A stretch of 64,000 bases of DNA from Tepidiformaceae bacterium (GCA_965202995.1 OZ241861.1:483299-547298), one strand, 5' to 3'. Numbered from the stretch's first letter, positions 7,952 to 16,495 are shown. Numbers and translations: made by a program. Notes: generated by a model from the letters alone, not told the origin.

Positions 7952-8204
7952 GCCGGAAGCGTACTCCCTTGAGGCCGTGCGGGCGCGGATTCAGCGGTGC
8001 GCCGAGGGCGACGGCAGCCCCGCCGAGCTCGACGACTGGCTCTTCCCCCTCCTCTGGCCGGACGAGGGCGACGCCGACGCGCGCGAACTCGCGTGGAGCG
8101 CCGAACTCCTGCTCATGGAGCTGGGCCGCGGACACTGGACCGAAGCGGCGTTCCGGGAGCAGCTGGCGCTGCTCATCCAGCCCCGCGCCGTCGCCGGACG
8201 CTAG
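7950..8204 (+). CDS. hypothetical protein, 84 aa
   Basis: ORF-track 7950..8204 has strong GC3 bias typical of native coding sequence. Its ATG overlaps the divergent ATG of 7622..7951 within CATG (7949-7952). Its stop shares CTAG (8201-8204) with the convergent ThuA-like gene. Confidence 0.5.
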   Translation: MPEAYSLEAVRARIQRCAEGDGSPAELDDWLFPLLWPDEGDADARELAWSAELLLMELGRGHWTEAAFREQLALLIQPRAVAGR

Positions 8205-9022
8205 CCCCGCGCCCAGGCCCGCGCGTCCTCCGACGCCACCCAGTGCAGCGCGTTGTGCAGCAGACGCCGGAAGCCCGCGTTCGCGTAGCAGTTCGGGCCG
8301 TCCCCGATCTGCATCGCCACCACCGGCGCGTTCCCGCTCTTCTTCGCCCACACCACCAGGTCGCTCCCCTCCGGATGGTCCCACTCCGCCTGCTCGGCGG
8401 CGGGCGCCAGCGGCGGCGGATTGAAGTTCTCCCGCACCATCGGGTAGTCCGTGCGCATCAGCGGCAGGATGCCCGGCTGCGTCTCGAACGCCTTCGACGT
8501 CAGGTACAGCTCGTCCTCGATCTCGAACGGCTCGACGCCCTCCAGCACGGGGTGGCCGATGGCCGCGGGATCGGGCGAGACGACGCCGCGCGGGTTGCCC
8601 CGCGGATCGTGCGCGCCGCCGCGATAGCCCGAGCCCGGCGTCGGCTCGCCGAACACCTCGCCTTGCGTGAGCAGGAACGACGTGCCGCTCACGTCGCGCC
8701 AGCCCGCCCACGCCGGCCACTGCACGATGGCGTGGTTGAGCATGACGATGCCCGTGCCGCGCTCCAGCAGCGCCGCGATGCTGCGCTGGTACTCCTCCGG
8801 CGCGGGCGCGAAGCTGGCCCCCCCGTCCGGACTCTCCGTGCCCCACATGTCGTAGAAGAGCACGGCCTCGTACGCCGCCGCGTTCTCCGGCCGCAGCATC
8901 ACCTGCGCCGCCGGCTGCTCCACCTGCGTCGTCTGCAGCTCCGGATTCTCGTCGAAGATGGCGTAGAAGCCGTTGTAGTCGAAGGGATGCCCCTTCGTCA
9001 CCACCAGCGTGTTCACGGCCAT
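8201..9022 (-). CDS. ThuA-domain (trehalose-utilisation-like) protein
   Basis: This is the C-terminal 273 codons of ORF-track 8201..9907. Start ATG 9022 (MAVNTLVVTKGHPFDYN...) has GGAAGGA at 9037..9031. The C-terminal ANAGFRRLLHNALHWV is typical of ThuA-like proteins. Confidence 0.65.
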   Translation of the reverse strand: MAVNTLVVTKGHPFDYNGFYAIFDENPELQTTQVEQPAAQVMLRPENAAAYEAVLFYDMWGTESPDGGASFAPAPEEYQRSIAALLERGTGIVMLNHAIVQWPAWAGWRDVSGTSFLLTQGEVFGEPTPGSGYRGGAHDPRGNPRGVVSPDPAAIGHPVLEGVEPFEIEDELYLTSKAFETQPGILPLMRTDYPMVRENFNPPPLAPAAEQAEWDHPEGSDLVVWAKKSGNAPVVAMQIGDGPNCYANAGFRRLLHNALHWVASEDARAWARG

Positions 9023-9036
9023 GAGTGCGCTCCTTC

Positions 9037-9855
9037 CTATCCCGCGGGGATGGCGTCGTGGGCCGCGAGGATGGCCGCGAAGCGCGCCTCCACCGCGGGC
9101 TGCGTCTCCGGATGGCTGAGCACGTACAGCTCGTTCCCCCGCACCGCGCGCACCACGCGCGCCGCCAGGTCCTCCGGCTCGATGATCTCCTGCGGCACCC
9201 CCTCGCCCTCCACGCGGTTGGGCGGCTCCGGCCCGCCGTACTCCCCGGGGCGGTTGCGCCCGGCCTCCACGATGCGCGAGCGCACGCCCCCCGGACACAC
9301 CACCGACACGCCGATGCCGTGCTCCGCCAGGTCCAGCGCCAGCGCCTCGCTCAGCCCCACCACGCCGTACTTCGCCGTCGTGTAGGAGACGATGCCCGGC
9401 GTGGCCGCGGGCACCAGCCCCGCGATCGACGCCGTGTTCACGATGTGCCCCCCCTCCCCCTGCGCCACCATGCGCGGCAGGAACGCCTGCACCCCGTGAA
9501 TCACCCCGTACAGGTCCACGCCCAGCACCCAGTCCCAGTCCGCCTCCGTCATGTCCTGCGCCAGCCGGAAGGTGACCACGCCCGCGTTGTTGCACAGCAC
9601 GTGCGCCCCCCCGAACTCCGCCCACGCCGCGTCCGCGAGCGCCTCCAGCGACGCCCGCTCCGTCACGTCGTTCTCCACCGCGATGGCGCGCATCCCCGCC
9701 GCCTCCACCGCCGCCACGGCCTCCGCCGCCATGTCCATCTCGATCTCGCCGATGACGACGTTCATGCCCTCGTTGGCGAAGGCCGCGGCCAGCGCCTTGC
9801 CGATGCCGCCGCCGCCGCCCGTGACGACCGCCGTGCGCCCGCGAAGTTCTTCCAC
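9037..9855 (-). CDS. short-chain dehydrogenase/reductase (SDR)
   Basis: This is the C-terminal part of ORF-track 9037..11607. Start GTG 9855 (VEELRGRTAVVTGGGGGIGKA) follows GGGAGG; GTG 9864 is an alternative start. TGxxxGxG and YxxxK (YTTAKYG) motifs are present. Confidence 0.8.
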   Translation of the reverse strand: MEELRGRTAVVTGGGGGIGKALAAAFANEGMNVVIGEIEMDMAAEAVAAVEAAGMRAIAVENDVTERASLEALADAAWAEFGGAHVLCNNAGVVTFRLAQDMTEADWDWVLGVDLYGVIHGVQAFLPRMVAQGEGGHIVNTASIAGLVPAATPGIVSYTTAKYGVVGLSEALALDLAEHGIGVSVVCPGGVRSRIVEAGRNRPGEYGGPEPPNRVEGEGVPQEIIEPEDLAARVVRAVRGNELYVLSHPETQPAVEARFAAILAAHDAIPAG

Positions 9856-9921
9856 GCGAACCACCTCCCGTTGGCGCGGCAGTGTAGCACGCCGCGCCCC
9901 CGCGCAAGCCCCTGCGGCGGC

Positions 9922-9927
9922 TATACT
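9922..9927 (+). promoter_or_regulatory. -10-like hexamer TATACT immediately upstream of hsdR (possible leaderless mRNA)
   Basis: TATACT at 9922-9927 and ATG at 9937, with no Shine-Dalgarno sequence between them. It is the only AT-rich hexamer in the divergent intergenic region. Confidence 0.35.
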
Positions 9928-9936
9928 GCTCCGCCC

Positions 9937-12279
9937 ATGCTCAACGAGGCCGATACCCGCGCCAAGCTGGTCGATCCCGTCCTGCGCGGGCGCGGCTGGG
10001 TGGAAGGGCTGATCAGGCGCGAGCAGACGCCCGGCCGCATCGACATCGTGGGCGCGGGCGGACGGCGCGGACGCGGGCGCTCCACCGACTACCTCCTCCA
10101 TGCCCGCGTGGACGGCAAGCGCACGCTCCCCATCGCCGTGCTGGAGGCGAAAGCCGAGGAGTACGCGCCCGACCACGGCCTCGAACAGGCGAAGCGCGAC
10201 GCGCGCCTCCACCACGTGCCCTTCGCCTTCGCCACCAACGGCCACCTGTTCGTCGAGCACGAGTTCGCCACGGGCCGCACGACCGCCCCCGCGCCGCTGA
10301 CCGAATTCCCCGGCTGGGACGACTTGCTCCGGCGCTACCTGAAGCAGCGGGAGATCGACCTCACGCGCAAGGAGGCCGCGCCGCTCCTGAAGCCCGCGCG
10401 CGCGCACGACCGCCCCTACCAGTACGCCGCCGTGCGCGCCGTGCTCGAACGCATCGCGCGCGGAGAGAAGCGCCCCCGCGCCCTGCTCTCCCTCGCCACG
10501 GGCACGGGCAAGACGCGCATCGCCGTCAGCCTGCTGCGCGCCCTGGACCGCAGCGGCCAACTCCGCCGCGCCCTCTTCGTCTGCGACCGCAAGGAGCTGC
10601 GCGATCAGGCCCTCGGCGCGCTCCACAACGAATTCAAGGCCGACGCCGCCAAGGCCACCACGCGCAACCCCGAGAAGAACGCCCGCGTCATCGTCGCCAC
10701 CTACCAGACGCTGGGCATCGACGACGAGGGCGGCGACGACTCCTACCTCTCGCGCCACTACCCGGAGAACTACTTCAGCCACATCATCATCGACGAGTGC
10801 CACCGCTCCGCCTGGGGCAAGTGGCGCGCCGTGCTCGACCGCAACCCCGACGCCGTCCACATCGGCCTCACCGCCACGCCCCGCACCTGGGAGCGCGTCG
10901 GCGATCCCGACGACATCGAGACCGAGGACGACGACGCGATCACGCGCGACAACCACCAGTACTTCGGCGAACCCGTCTACGAGTACTCCATCGCCGACGC
11001 CATGGACGACGGCTGGCTCGCCGCCATGAAGCTCGTGCGCGCCGAAATCATCACCGCCGGGCAGCGCGAGCGCGAGGAAGGCGTCAGGAGCGGCGAACTC
11101 GACCCTGATCGCATCCGCGACGCTCGCACGGGCGCGCCCGCGGGCGTCAGCGACATGCCCGAAATCTACCGGGCCGCTTCCATCGAACAGCGCCTCCGCA
11201 TCGAGGAGCGCGTCGAGGAGATGTGCCGCGACCTCTTCCAGCGCCTCCTCGAATCGGGCGGACCGCGCCAGAAGACGCTCATCTTCTGCGCCGGCGACGC
11301 CCATGCCGACCGCGTCGCCGCCGAAATGGGCAACCTCTACGCCGAATGGGCCGATCGCGCGGACGAGCGCCCCGTCGATCCCTACGCCTTCAAGTGCACC
11401 GCCCAGGGCGGGGCCGAGCTGCTCTCCGACTTCAAGGGCGCCGCCTCCCGCGCCTTCGTCGCCTGCACCGTCGACCTCATCACCACCGGCGTCGACGTGC
11501 CCCGCCTCCAGAACGTCGTCTGGTTCCGCTACCTCAAGTCCCCCATCCTCTTCCACCAGATGCTGGGACGCGCCACCCGCATCCACGCCGAAAGCGGCAA
11601 GCTCCACTTCACCGCCTACGACTACACCAACGCCAGCCGCCTGCTCGACGCATCCCTCGCGCAGCGCCCCGAGACCGAGCGCGAACGCAAGCCCGACGGC
11701 GAGCGCGAGGAGCGCGACCCGCCCCGCATCTTCGAGGCCGAGGGCGTCGAGGTCCGCATCGAGCCCGAGGGCGTGGTTGTCATGGTTCCCGAAGGCGGTA
11801 CACTGCGCCGCGTGACGCTCGACGACTACCGCGCCGGCATCGCCGAACGCATCCTCGCCGAAGCGGCCGGCATCGACGCCTTCCGCGAACGCTGGATCGC
11901 GCCCGAGGAACGCCGCGCCATGCTCGATAGCCTGCCGCAGGGCTCGGCCAGCGCCGACATCCTGCGCGCCGCCAGCGACATCGACGAGGGCTGCGACGGC
12001 TACGACGTGCTCGCCAGCGCCGCCTTCGGCGAGACGCCCCGCCCGCGCCTCGAACGCGCCGACCGCTTCGAGGAGACGGAGGAGCGCGGCATCCTGCGCG
12101 CCATCGCCCGCCAGTTCGGCTACGGCGGCACGGACGCCCTCGAAAGCAGCGGCCTCTTCCAGACCCCGGGTGTGCGAGCGGCGGGCGGCCTCGCCGCGCT
12201 CGAACCGGAAGCCGCGAACCGCTTGCTCGACCTGAAGCGCCGCGTGCTCGCCACCGACGCGGAGTGGCGCGACGCATGA
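9937..12279 (+). CDS. hsdR: type I restriction enzyme R subunit (EcoEI-like C-terminal domain)
   Basis: ATG 9937 is in frame with ORF-track 9025..12279. N-terminus MLNEADTRAKLVDPVL. Helicase motifs SLATGTGKT, IIIDECHR and LTATP are present, and the C-terminus is EcoEI_R_C-like. Confidence 0.9.
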   Translation: MLNEADTRAKLVDPVLRGRGWVEGLIRREQTPGRIDIVGAGGRRGRGRSTDYLLHARVDGKRTLPIAVLEAKAEEYAPDHGLEQAKRDARLHHVPFAFATNGHLFVEHEFATGRTTAPAPLTEFPGWDDLLRRYLKQREIDLTRKEAAPLLKPARAHDRPYQYAAVRAVLERIARGEKRPRALLSLATGTGKTRIAVSLLRALDRSGQLRRALFVCDRKELRDQALGALHNEFKADAAKATTRNPEKNARVIVATYQTLGIDDEGGDDSYLSRHYPENYFSHIIIDECHRSAWGKWRAVLDRNPDAVHIGLTATPRTWERVGDPDDIETEDDDAITRDNHQYFGEPVYEYSIADAMDDGWLAAMKLVRAEIITAGQREREEGVRSGELDPDRIRDARTGAPAGVSDMPEIYRAASIEQRLRIEERVEEMCRDLFQRLLESGGPRQKTLIFCAGDAHADRVAAEMGNLYAEWADRADERPVDPYAFKCTAQGGAELLSDFKGAASRAFVACTVDLITTGVDVPRLQNVVWFRYLKSPILFHQMLGRATRIHAESGKLHFTAYDYTNASRLLDASLAQRPETERERKPDGEREERDPPRIFEAEGVEVRIEPEGVVVMVPEGGTLRRVTLDDYRAGIAERILAEAAGIDAFRERWIAPEERRAMLDSLPQGSASADILRAASDIDEGCDGYDVLASAAFGETPRPRLERADRFEETEERGILRAIARQFGYGGTDALESSGLFQTPGVRAAGGLAALEPEAANRLLDLKRRVLATDAEWRDA

Positions 12280-12887
12280 ACCCGGGCGACCCGCTCCCCG
12301 ACGGCTGGCGCTGGACCACGCTGGGGGAGTGCTGTGTTCAGGAACGAAAAGCGATCACCAGCGATAGACCCGAGTATACGGAGATGCCTTACCTGGGGCT
12401 GGAACATATTGAAGGAAGCACCGGGAGGATTCTGGTCAGCGAAAAGGCGGCGCGCGGATCTGAATCCACGAGCAACAACTTTTGCTTCACTCCTGAACAC
12501 GTTCTCTACGGGAAACTCCGTCCGTACCTCAACAAGGTGGCCCTGCCCGATTTTTCGGGGCGTTGCAGCACGGAGATTATCCCGCTCCGCCCTGTCGATA
12601 TGGACCGCGGCTTTCTGGCATGGTTCCTTCGCAGGAGCGATACGGTTGAGTACGCCATGCGGGGCAAGACTGGTTCACGAATGCCTCGCGCATCCATGAA
12701 GGAACTCCTGCTGCTCCCCATCCCCCTGCCGCCGCTGGCCGAGCAGCGCCGCATCGTGGCCGCGCTCGAAACGCGACTCGCCGCCGCAGAGCGCGCCCGC
12801 CACGCTGCCCTCTCCCAGCTCAATGCGCTGGAGGCGATGCCAGCCGCCCTGCTGAGGAAAGTGTTTGAACGCGAGGCCAAAATCTGA
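12276..12887 (+). CDS. hsdS: type I R-M specificity subunit, proximal half (TRD1 plus central conserved region), ending at an in-frame TGA
   Basis: ATG 12276 overlaps the hsdR stop (ATGA). PDGWRWTTLGE ... LPIPLPPLAEQRRIVAALE ... is the typical HsdS TRD and conserved helix. Stop TGA 12885-12887. Confidence 0.85.
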   Translation: MNPGDPLPDGWRWTTLGECCVQERKAITSDRPEYTEMPYLGLEHIEGSTGRILVSEKAARGSESTSNNFCFTPEHVLYGKLRPYLNKVALPDFSGRCSTEIIPLRPVDMDRGFLAWFLRRSDTVEYAMRGKTGSRMPRASMKELLLLPIPLPPLAEQRRIVAALETRLAAAERARHAALSQLNALEAMPAALLRKVFEREAKI

Positions 12888-12901
12888 TTTTGGCCTCGCG
12901 T
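12869..12901. other. perfect 15-bp inverted repeat (3-nt loop) containing the hsdS-interrupting stop codon
   Basis: acgcgaggccaaaat / ctg / attttggcctcgcgt. TGA 12885-12887 spans the loop and the first stem base. It is followed by the tandem 9-mers tcgaaattt x2 (12901-12918) and a T-rich stretch. Confidence 0.85.
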
Positions 12902-13001
12902 CGAAATTTTCGAAATTTGTCGTGTTTTCACCGGTGGTCCCGCTCCACAAGGCAATCAGTACTTTGGGGCGTCCGGTCCGCTCTTCTTTCGCGTTCGGGA
13001 C

Positions 13002-13487
13002 TTGTCGGTGAGTGGTCGGACCACAGCGCTGGCAACAGCCCGTGATCGACTCTCCCCGTCTGCGTTGGATACGCTCAAACTGGTTCCCGTCCAGCCGAAC
13101 ACACTGGTCTTCCCGAAGAGCGGAGCCGCAATTGCCACGAATAACCGAGCCCTCACCACAGTGCCCGGATACTTGGTCAGTCACCTCATGGCGCTTGAAG
13201 CCGGAGATTCAGTCCTGCCACTCTGGCTGTACTATGCATTCTGCACACTGGACATGACCGATTTCTCGGATAATACAGGGTACCCAAGCCTCCGCAAAAC
13301 AACGGTCGAGAGGATTCAAATCCCTCTCCCGCCCATCGACGAACAGCGCGCGATCATCACCGAACTCGAACGGGAAATGGCGGCCACGGAGCAGGCGCGT
13401 ACGGCGGCGCGCGAGCGGCTGGCGCTTGCCGAAGCGCTGCCGGGTGCTATCCTGCGGCGCGCTTTCGCGCCCGGAGCCTCCGCATGA
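13002..13487 (+). CDS. hsdS: type I R-M specificity subunit, distal half (TRD2 plus C-terminal conserved region); possibly an untranslated pseudogene fragment
   Basis: ORF-track 13002..13487 (TTG start). The same frame is open from 12888, directly after the TGA, and reads FWPRVEIFEICRVFTGGPAPQGNQYFGASGPLFFRVRDL, a typical TRD start. IQIPLPPIDEQRAIITELE forms the distal conserved helix. The stop overlaps the hsdM ATG. Confidence 0.7.
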   Translation: MSVSGRTTALATARDRLSPSALDTLKLVPVQPNTLVFPKSGAAIATNNRALTTVPGYLVSHLMALEAGDSVLPLWLYYAFCTLDMTDFSDNTGYPSLRKTTVERIQIPLPPIDEQRAIITELEREMAATEQARTAARERLALAEALPGAILRRAFAPGASA

Positions 13488-15022
13488 CCTCGGCCATCGC
13501 CTCCCAGTCCTCGCTCGACGCGCGCATCAAGACCGTGTGCGACGTGCTGCGCCGCTCGAACTGCGCTGGCGCGCTCCAGTACGTGCCGGAGCTGACGTGG
13601 CTGCTTTTCCTGCGCTTCCTCGACGAGCGCGAGGAACGGGAGGCGCGGGACGCGGCGGCGCTGGGGCGGCGGTACGAGGCATCGATCCAGGAGCCCTTCC
13701 GCTGGCGCGACTGGGCCGCGCCCGACGGCGTGAAGCGCAACCTGCTGCAGCATGGGGCGGGGAACTCCGTTTTCGCGTTTCTCGAGGGCGACCTGCTGCC
13801 GTACCTCCACGAGCTGGGGAACAACGGGGGCACGCCCCGCCAGCGGCTCATCGGCCAGATTCTCTCCAGCGTGGACGGCACGCGCGTGGACACGGAGCGC
13901 AACTTCTACGACGTGGTGGACCTCGTGCACGAGATTCGGTCGGGCGAGATGGACGACCAGCACCTGTTCCCGCTGTCGGGGGCCTACGAGGGCCTGCTGC
14001 TCTCGATGGGGGAGAAGAACAACGACGGCGGGCAGTTCTTCACGCCGCGCGAGGTGGTGCGGGCGATGGTGCGCGTGGTCGCCCCGACGGTGGGCGAGAC
14101 GGTGTTCGACCCGTGCTGCGGGACGGGCGGCTTCCTGGCGCAGGCCTTCGAGCACATGCGCGCGAACCTGCCCCCGGAGGCGACGGGCGAGGCGCTGGAG
14201 CGGCTGAGCGGCGAGACGTTCTACGGCACGGAGAAGGACACCCTCGTCTACCCGATCGCGCTGGCCAACCTCGTGCTCCACGGCATCGACGAGCCGCACA
14301 TCCAGCACGCCAACACGCTCACGCGCGCGGAGGAGTACGGCGGGCTCTTCGAGGACGCGCCGGACCAGTTCGACGTGATCCTCACGAATCCCCCGTTCGG
14401 CGGCAAGGAGGGCGCGGACGCGCAGAACCACTTCGACTACCCGACGTCCTCGACGCAGGTGCTCTTCCTGCAGGAGGTGATCGAGAGCCTGAAGCGGGGC
14501 GGGCGCGCGGGCTTCGTGGTGGACGAGGGCCTGCTCTTCCGCACGAGCGAGCGGGCCTTCGTGCAGACGAAGCGCAAGCTGCTGGACGAGTGCGACCTGT
14601 ACTGCGTGGTGAGCCTCGCGCCGGGCGTGTTCACCTCGGCCGGTTCGGGCGTGAAGAGCAACCTGCTGTTCTTCAACAAGGGGCAGCCGACGGAGCGCAT
14701 CTGGTACTACGAACTGTTCCCGCCGGAGTGGACCGACCGGAAGGGGCAGACGCGGCCGGGCACGCGCTTCACCAAGAAGTACCCGCTGACGCTGGCGCAC
14801 TTCGAGGAGTTCTTCGCGCTGCTGCCGGAGCGGGCCGATTCGGAGCGCTCGTGGACGGTGACGCGGGAGCAGGTGGAGGCGAACGGCTACGACCTGAAGG
14901 CGGTCAACCCGCACCGCCCGGACGACTCGGACACGCGCACGCCGGAGGAGCTGCTGGCGGAGATCGCGGGCCACGGGCGGGAGCTGGAGTCGGCGCTCGC
15001 GGAGCTGCGGTCGGCCTTGTAG
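13484..15022 (+). CDS. hsdM: type I R-M N6-adenine DNA methyltransferase subunit
   Basis: ORF-track 13484..15022. It has an ATGA overlap with hsdS. Motifs FDPCCGTGGFL (SAM binding) and NPPFGG (catalytic) are present. Confidence 0.92.
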   Translation: MTSAIASQSSLDARIKTVCDVLRRSNCAGALQYVPELTWLLFLRFLDEREEREARDAAALGRRYEASIQEPFRWRDWAAPDGVKRNLLQHGAGNSVFAFLEGDLLPYLHELGNNGGTPRQRLIGQILSSVDGTRVDTERNFYDVVDLVHEIRSGEMDDQHLFPLSGAYEGLLLSMGEKNNDGGQFFTPREVVRAMVRVVAPTVGETVFDPCCGTGGFLAQAFEHMRANLPPEATGEALERLSGETFYGTEKDTLVYPIALANLVLHGIDEPHIQHANTLTRAEEYGGLFEDAPDQFDVILTNPPFGGKEGADAQNHFDYPTSSTQVLFLQEVIESLKRGGRAGFVVDEGLLFRTSERAFVQTKRKLLDECDLYCVVSLAPGVFTSAGSGVKSNLLFFNKGQPTERIWYYELFPPEWTDRKGQTRPGTRFTKKYPLTLAHFEEFFALLPERADSERSWTVTREQVEANGYDLKAVNPHRPDDSDTRTPEELLAEIAGHGRELESALAELRSAL

Positions 15023-15085
15023 CGTTGCGGGGCGCGGCGCGGGCGCGCACGATGGGCGCCACCATCACCAGGGGAGGCGCGCCCC

Positions 15086-15616
15086 ATGAGCACCACGCCG
15101 CTGGACATCCTCCGCACGGGCCTCGAGTCGATGCACGGGATGCTCGACCAGGCGCTCGGCGACATGACGCTGGAGCACCTCAACTTCCGCCCCCGCGAGG
15201 GCGGCCTCAGCCCCTTCTTCAGCCTCTGGCACTACGTCCGCACCGAGGACAACATCGTCAACTACGTCGTGCGGGGGCGGCCCACGGTGTGGCTCGAGGG
15301 CGGCTACGACGGGCGCCTCGGGCTGCACCGCACGGCGCAGGGCACGGGCATGTCGGACGCGGACGCGAAGGCGCTCGCGCTCACCGACCTGGACGGCTGG
15401 CGCGAGTACCAGCCGCGCGTGTGGCGGGCCACGGCGGCGTACCTGGGGGAGCTGTCGGCGGACGAGTTCGACGCGCGCACGGTGACGATCAAGCCGCTGG
15501 GGGAGATGTCGCTCTGGCAGGCGCTGAACGGCGTGTGCCTGAGCCACGGCTACCGTCACGTGGGCGAGATCGAGTACGCGCGGGGCGTGATGGGGCTCGG
15601 CGGGCTCACCGTCTGA
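15086..15616 (+). CDS. DinB-family (DinB_2/DUF664-like) metal-dependent protein
   Basis: ORF-track 15086..15616. The pattern is that of a four-helix DinB fold, with H-containing helices (FSLWHYVRTED ... SHGYRHVGEIEY). Confidence 0.6.
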   Translation: MSTTPLDILRTGLESMHGMLDQALGDMTLEHLNFRPREGGLSPFFSLWHYVRTEDNIVNYVVRGRPTVWLEGGYDGRLGLHRTAQGTGMSDADAKALALTDLDGWREYQPRVWRATAAYLGELSADEFDARTVTIKPLGEMSLWQALNGVCLSHGYRHVGEIEYARGVMGLGGLTV

Positions 15617-15708
15617 GGCGGCGTCTGGCGCGCGGGCGCGGCGCTCGTTAAGCTGCCGCTCGCATCCCGGCGCGGCGCGGGCCGCGCACGCAACGCAGGA
15701 GTGGCGTG

Positions 15709-16485
15709 ATGAAGCTGGAAGGCAAGGTCGCCGCCGTCACGGGCGGCAGCCGCGGCATCGGGCGCGGCATCGTGGAGGCGTTCCTCGCGGAGGGCGCCAG
15801 CGTCGTCCTCAACGGGCGCAGCGCGGAGAAGGGCGAGCGCGCGCTGGCGGAGATGGGGGCGGGCGAGCGCGCCCACTTCCTGGCCGGCGACGTGACGCGG
15901 GAGGAGACGATCAGGGGGCTGGTGGACGGCGCCGTCGCGCGCTACGGGCGCATCGACATCCTCGTGAACAACGCGGGCGGCAGCTCGGGCTTCGCGCCCG
16001 TGGCGCAGATGGAGAACGAGGCCTGGGACCACACCATCCGCTGGAACCTGTCGGCCACCTTCTGGGGCATCAAGCACGCCTTCCGCCACATGCTCCCCCA
16101 GGAGAGCGGGCGCATCATCAACGTCTCCTCGCTGGAGGGGAAGCACGGCAAGCCCGGCATCGCCGCCTACGTGGCCGCCAAGCACGCCATCAACGGCCTC
16201 ACGAAGAGCGCGGCGCAGGAGGTGGGTACGACGGGCATCACCGTGAACGCCATCTGCCCGGGGCTGATCGAGACGGACATCGTGCGCGAGAGCGGGGCCG
16301 CCGCCGCCGCCTCCATGGGCCTCACCTACGACGAGATGGTGCAGCAGTTCGCCGACGAGTCCGCCATCAAGCGCATGAACACCGTCGAGGAGGTCGGCGC
16401 CGTGGCCGTGCTCCTCGCCTCCGACGTGGGCGCGGGCATCACGGGCGCGCTCTGGTCGGTGGACGGCGGCACCGCGGCCTACTAG
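15709..16485 (+). CDS. SDR-family oxidoreductase (FabG/3-hydroxybutyrate dehydrogenase-like)
   Basis: ATG 15709 lies 7 nt after AGGAG (15697-15701). TGGSRGIG, NNAG and YVAAKHA motifs are present. Confidence 0.85.
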   Translation: MKLEGKVAAVTGGSRGIGRGIVEAFLAEGASVVLNGRSAEKGERALAEMGAGERAHFLAGDVTREETIRGLVDGAVARYGRIDILVNNAGGSSGFAPVAQMENEAWDHTIRWNLSATFWGIKHAFRHMLPQESGRIINVSSLEGKHGKPGIAAYVAAKHAINGLTKSAAQEVGTTGITVNAICPGLIETDIVRESGAAAAASMGLTYDEMVQQFADESAIKRMNTVEEVGAVAVLLASDVGAGITGALWSVDGGTAAY

Positions 16486-16495
16486 GAGCGCGAAC

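Noticed and set aside
12885-12887. TGA in hsdS as selenocysteine, or as a sense codon in an alternative genetic code.
   Set aside because: A bacterial SECIS hairpin starts just 3' of the UGA, whereas here the UGA is in the hairpin loop. HsdS is not a selenoprotein family. TGA terminates many clearly complete genes in this window (nadB, nadC, hisS, prmC and others).
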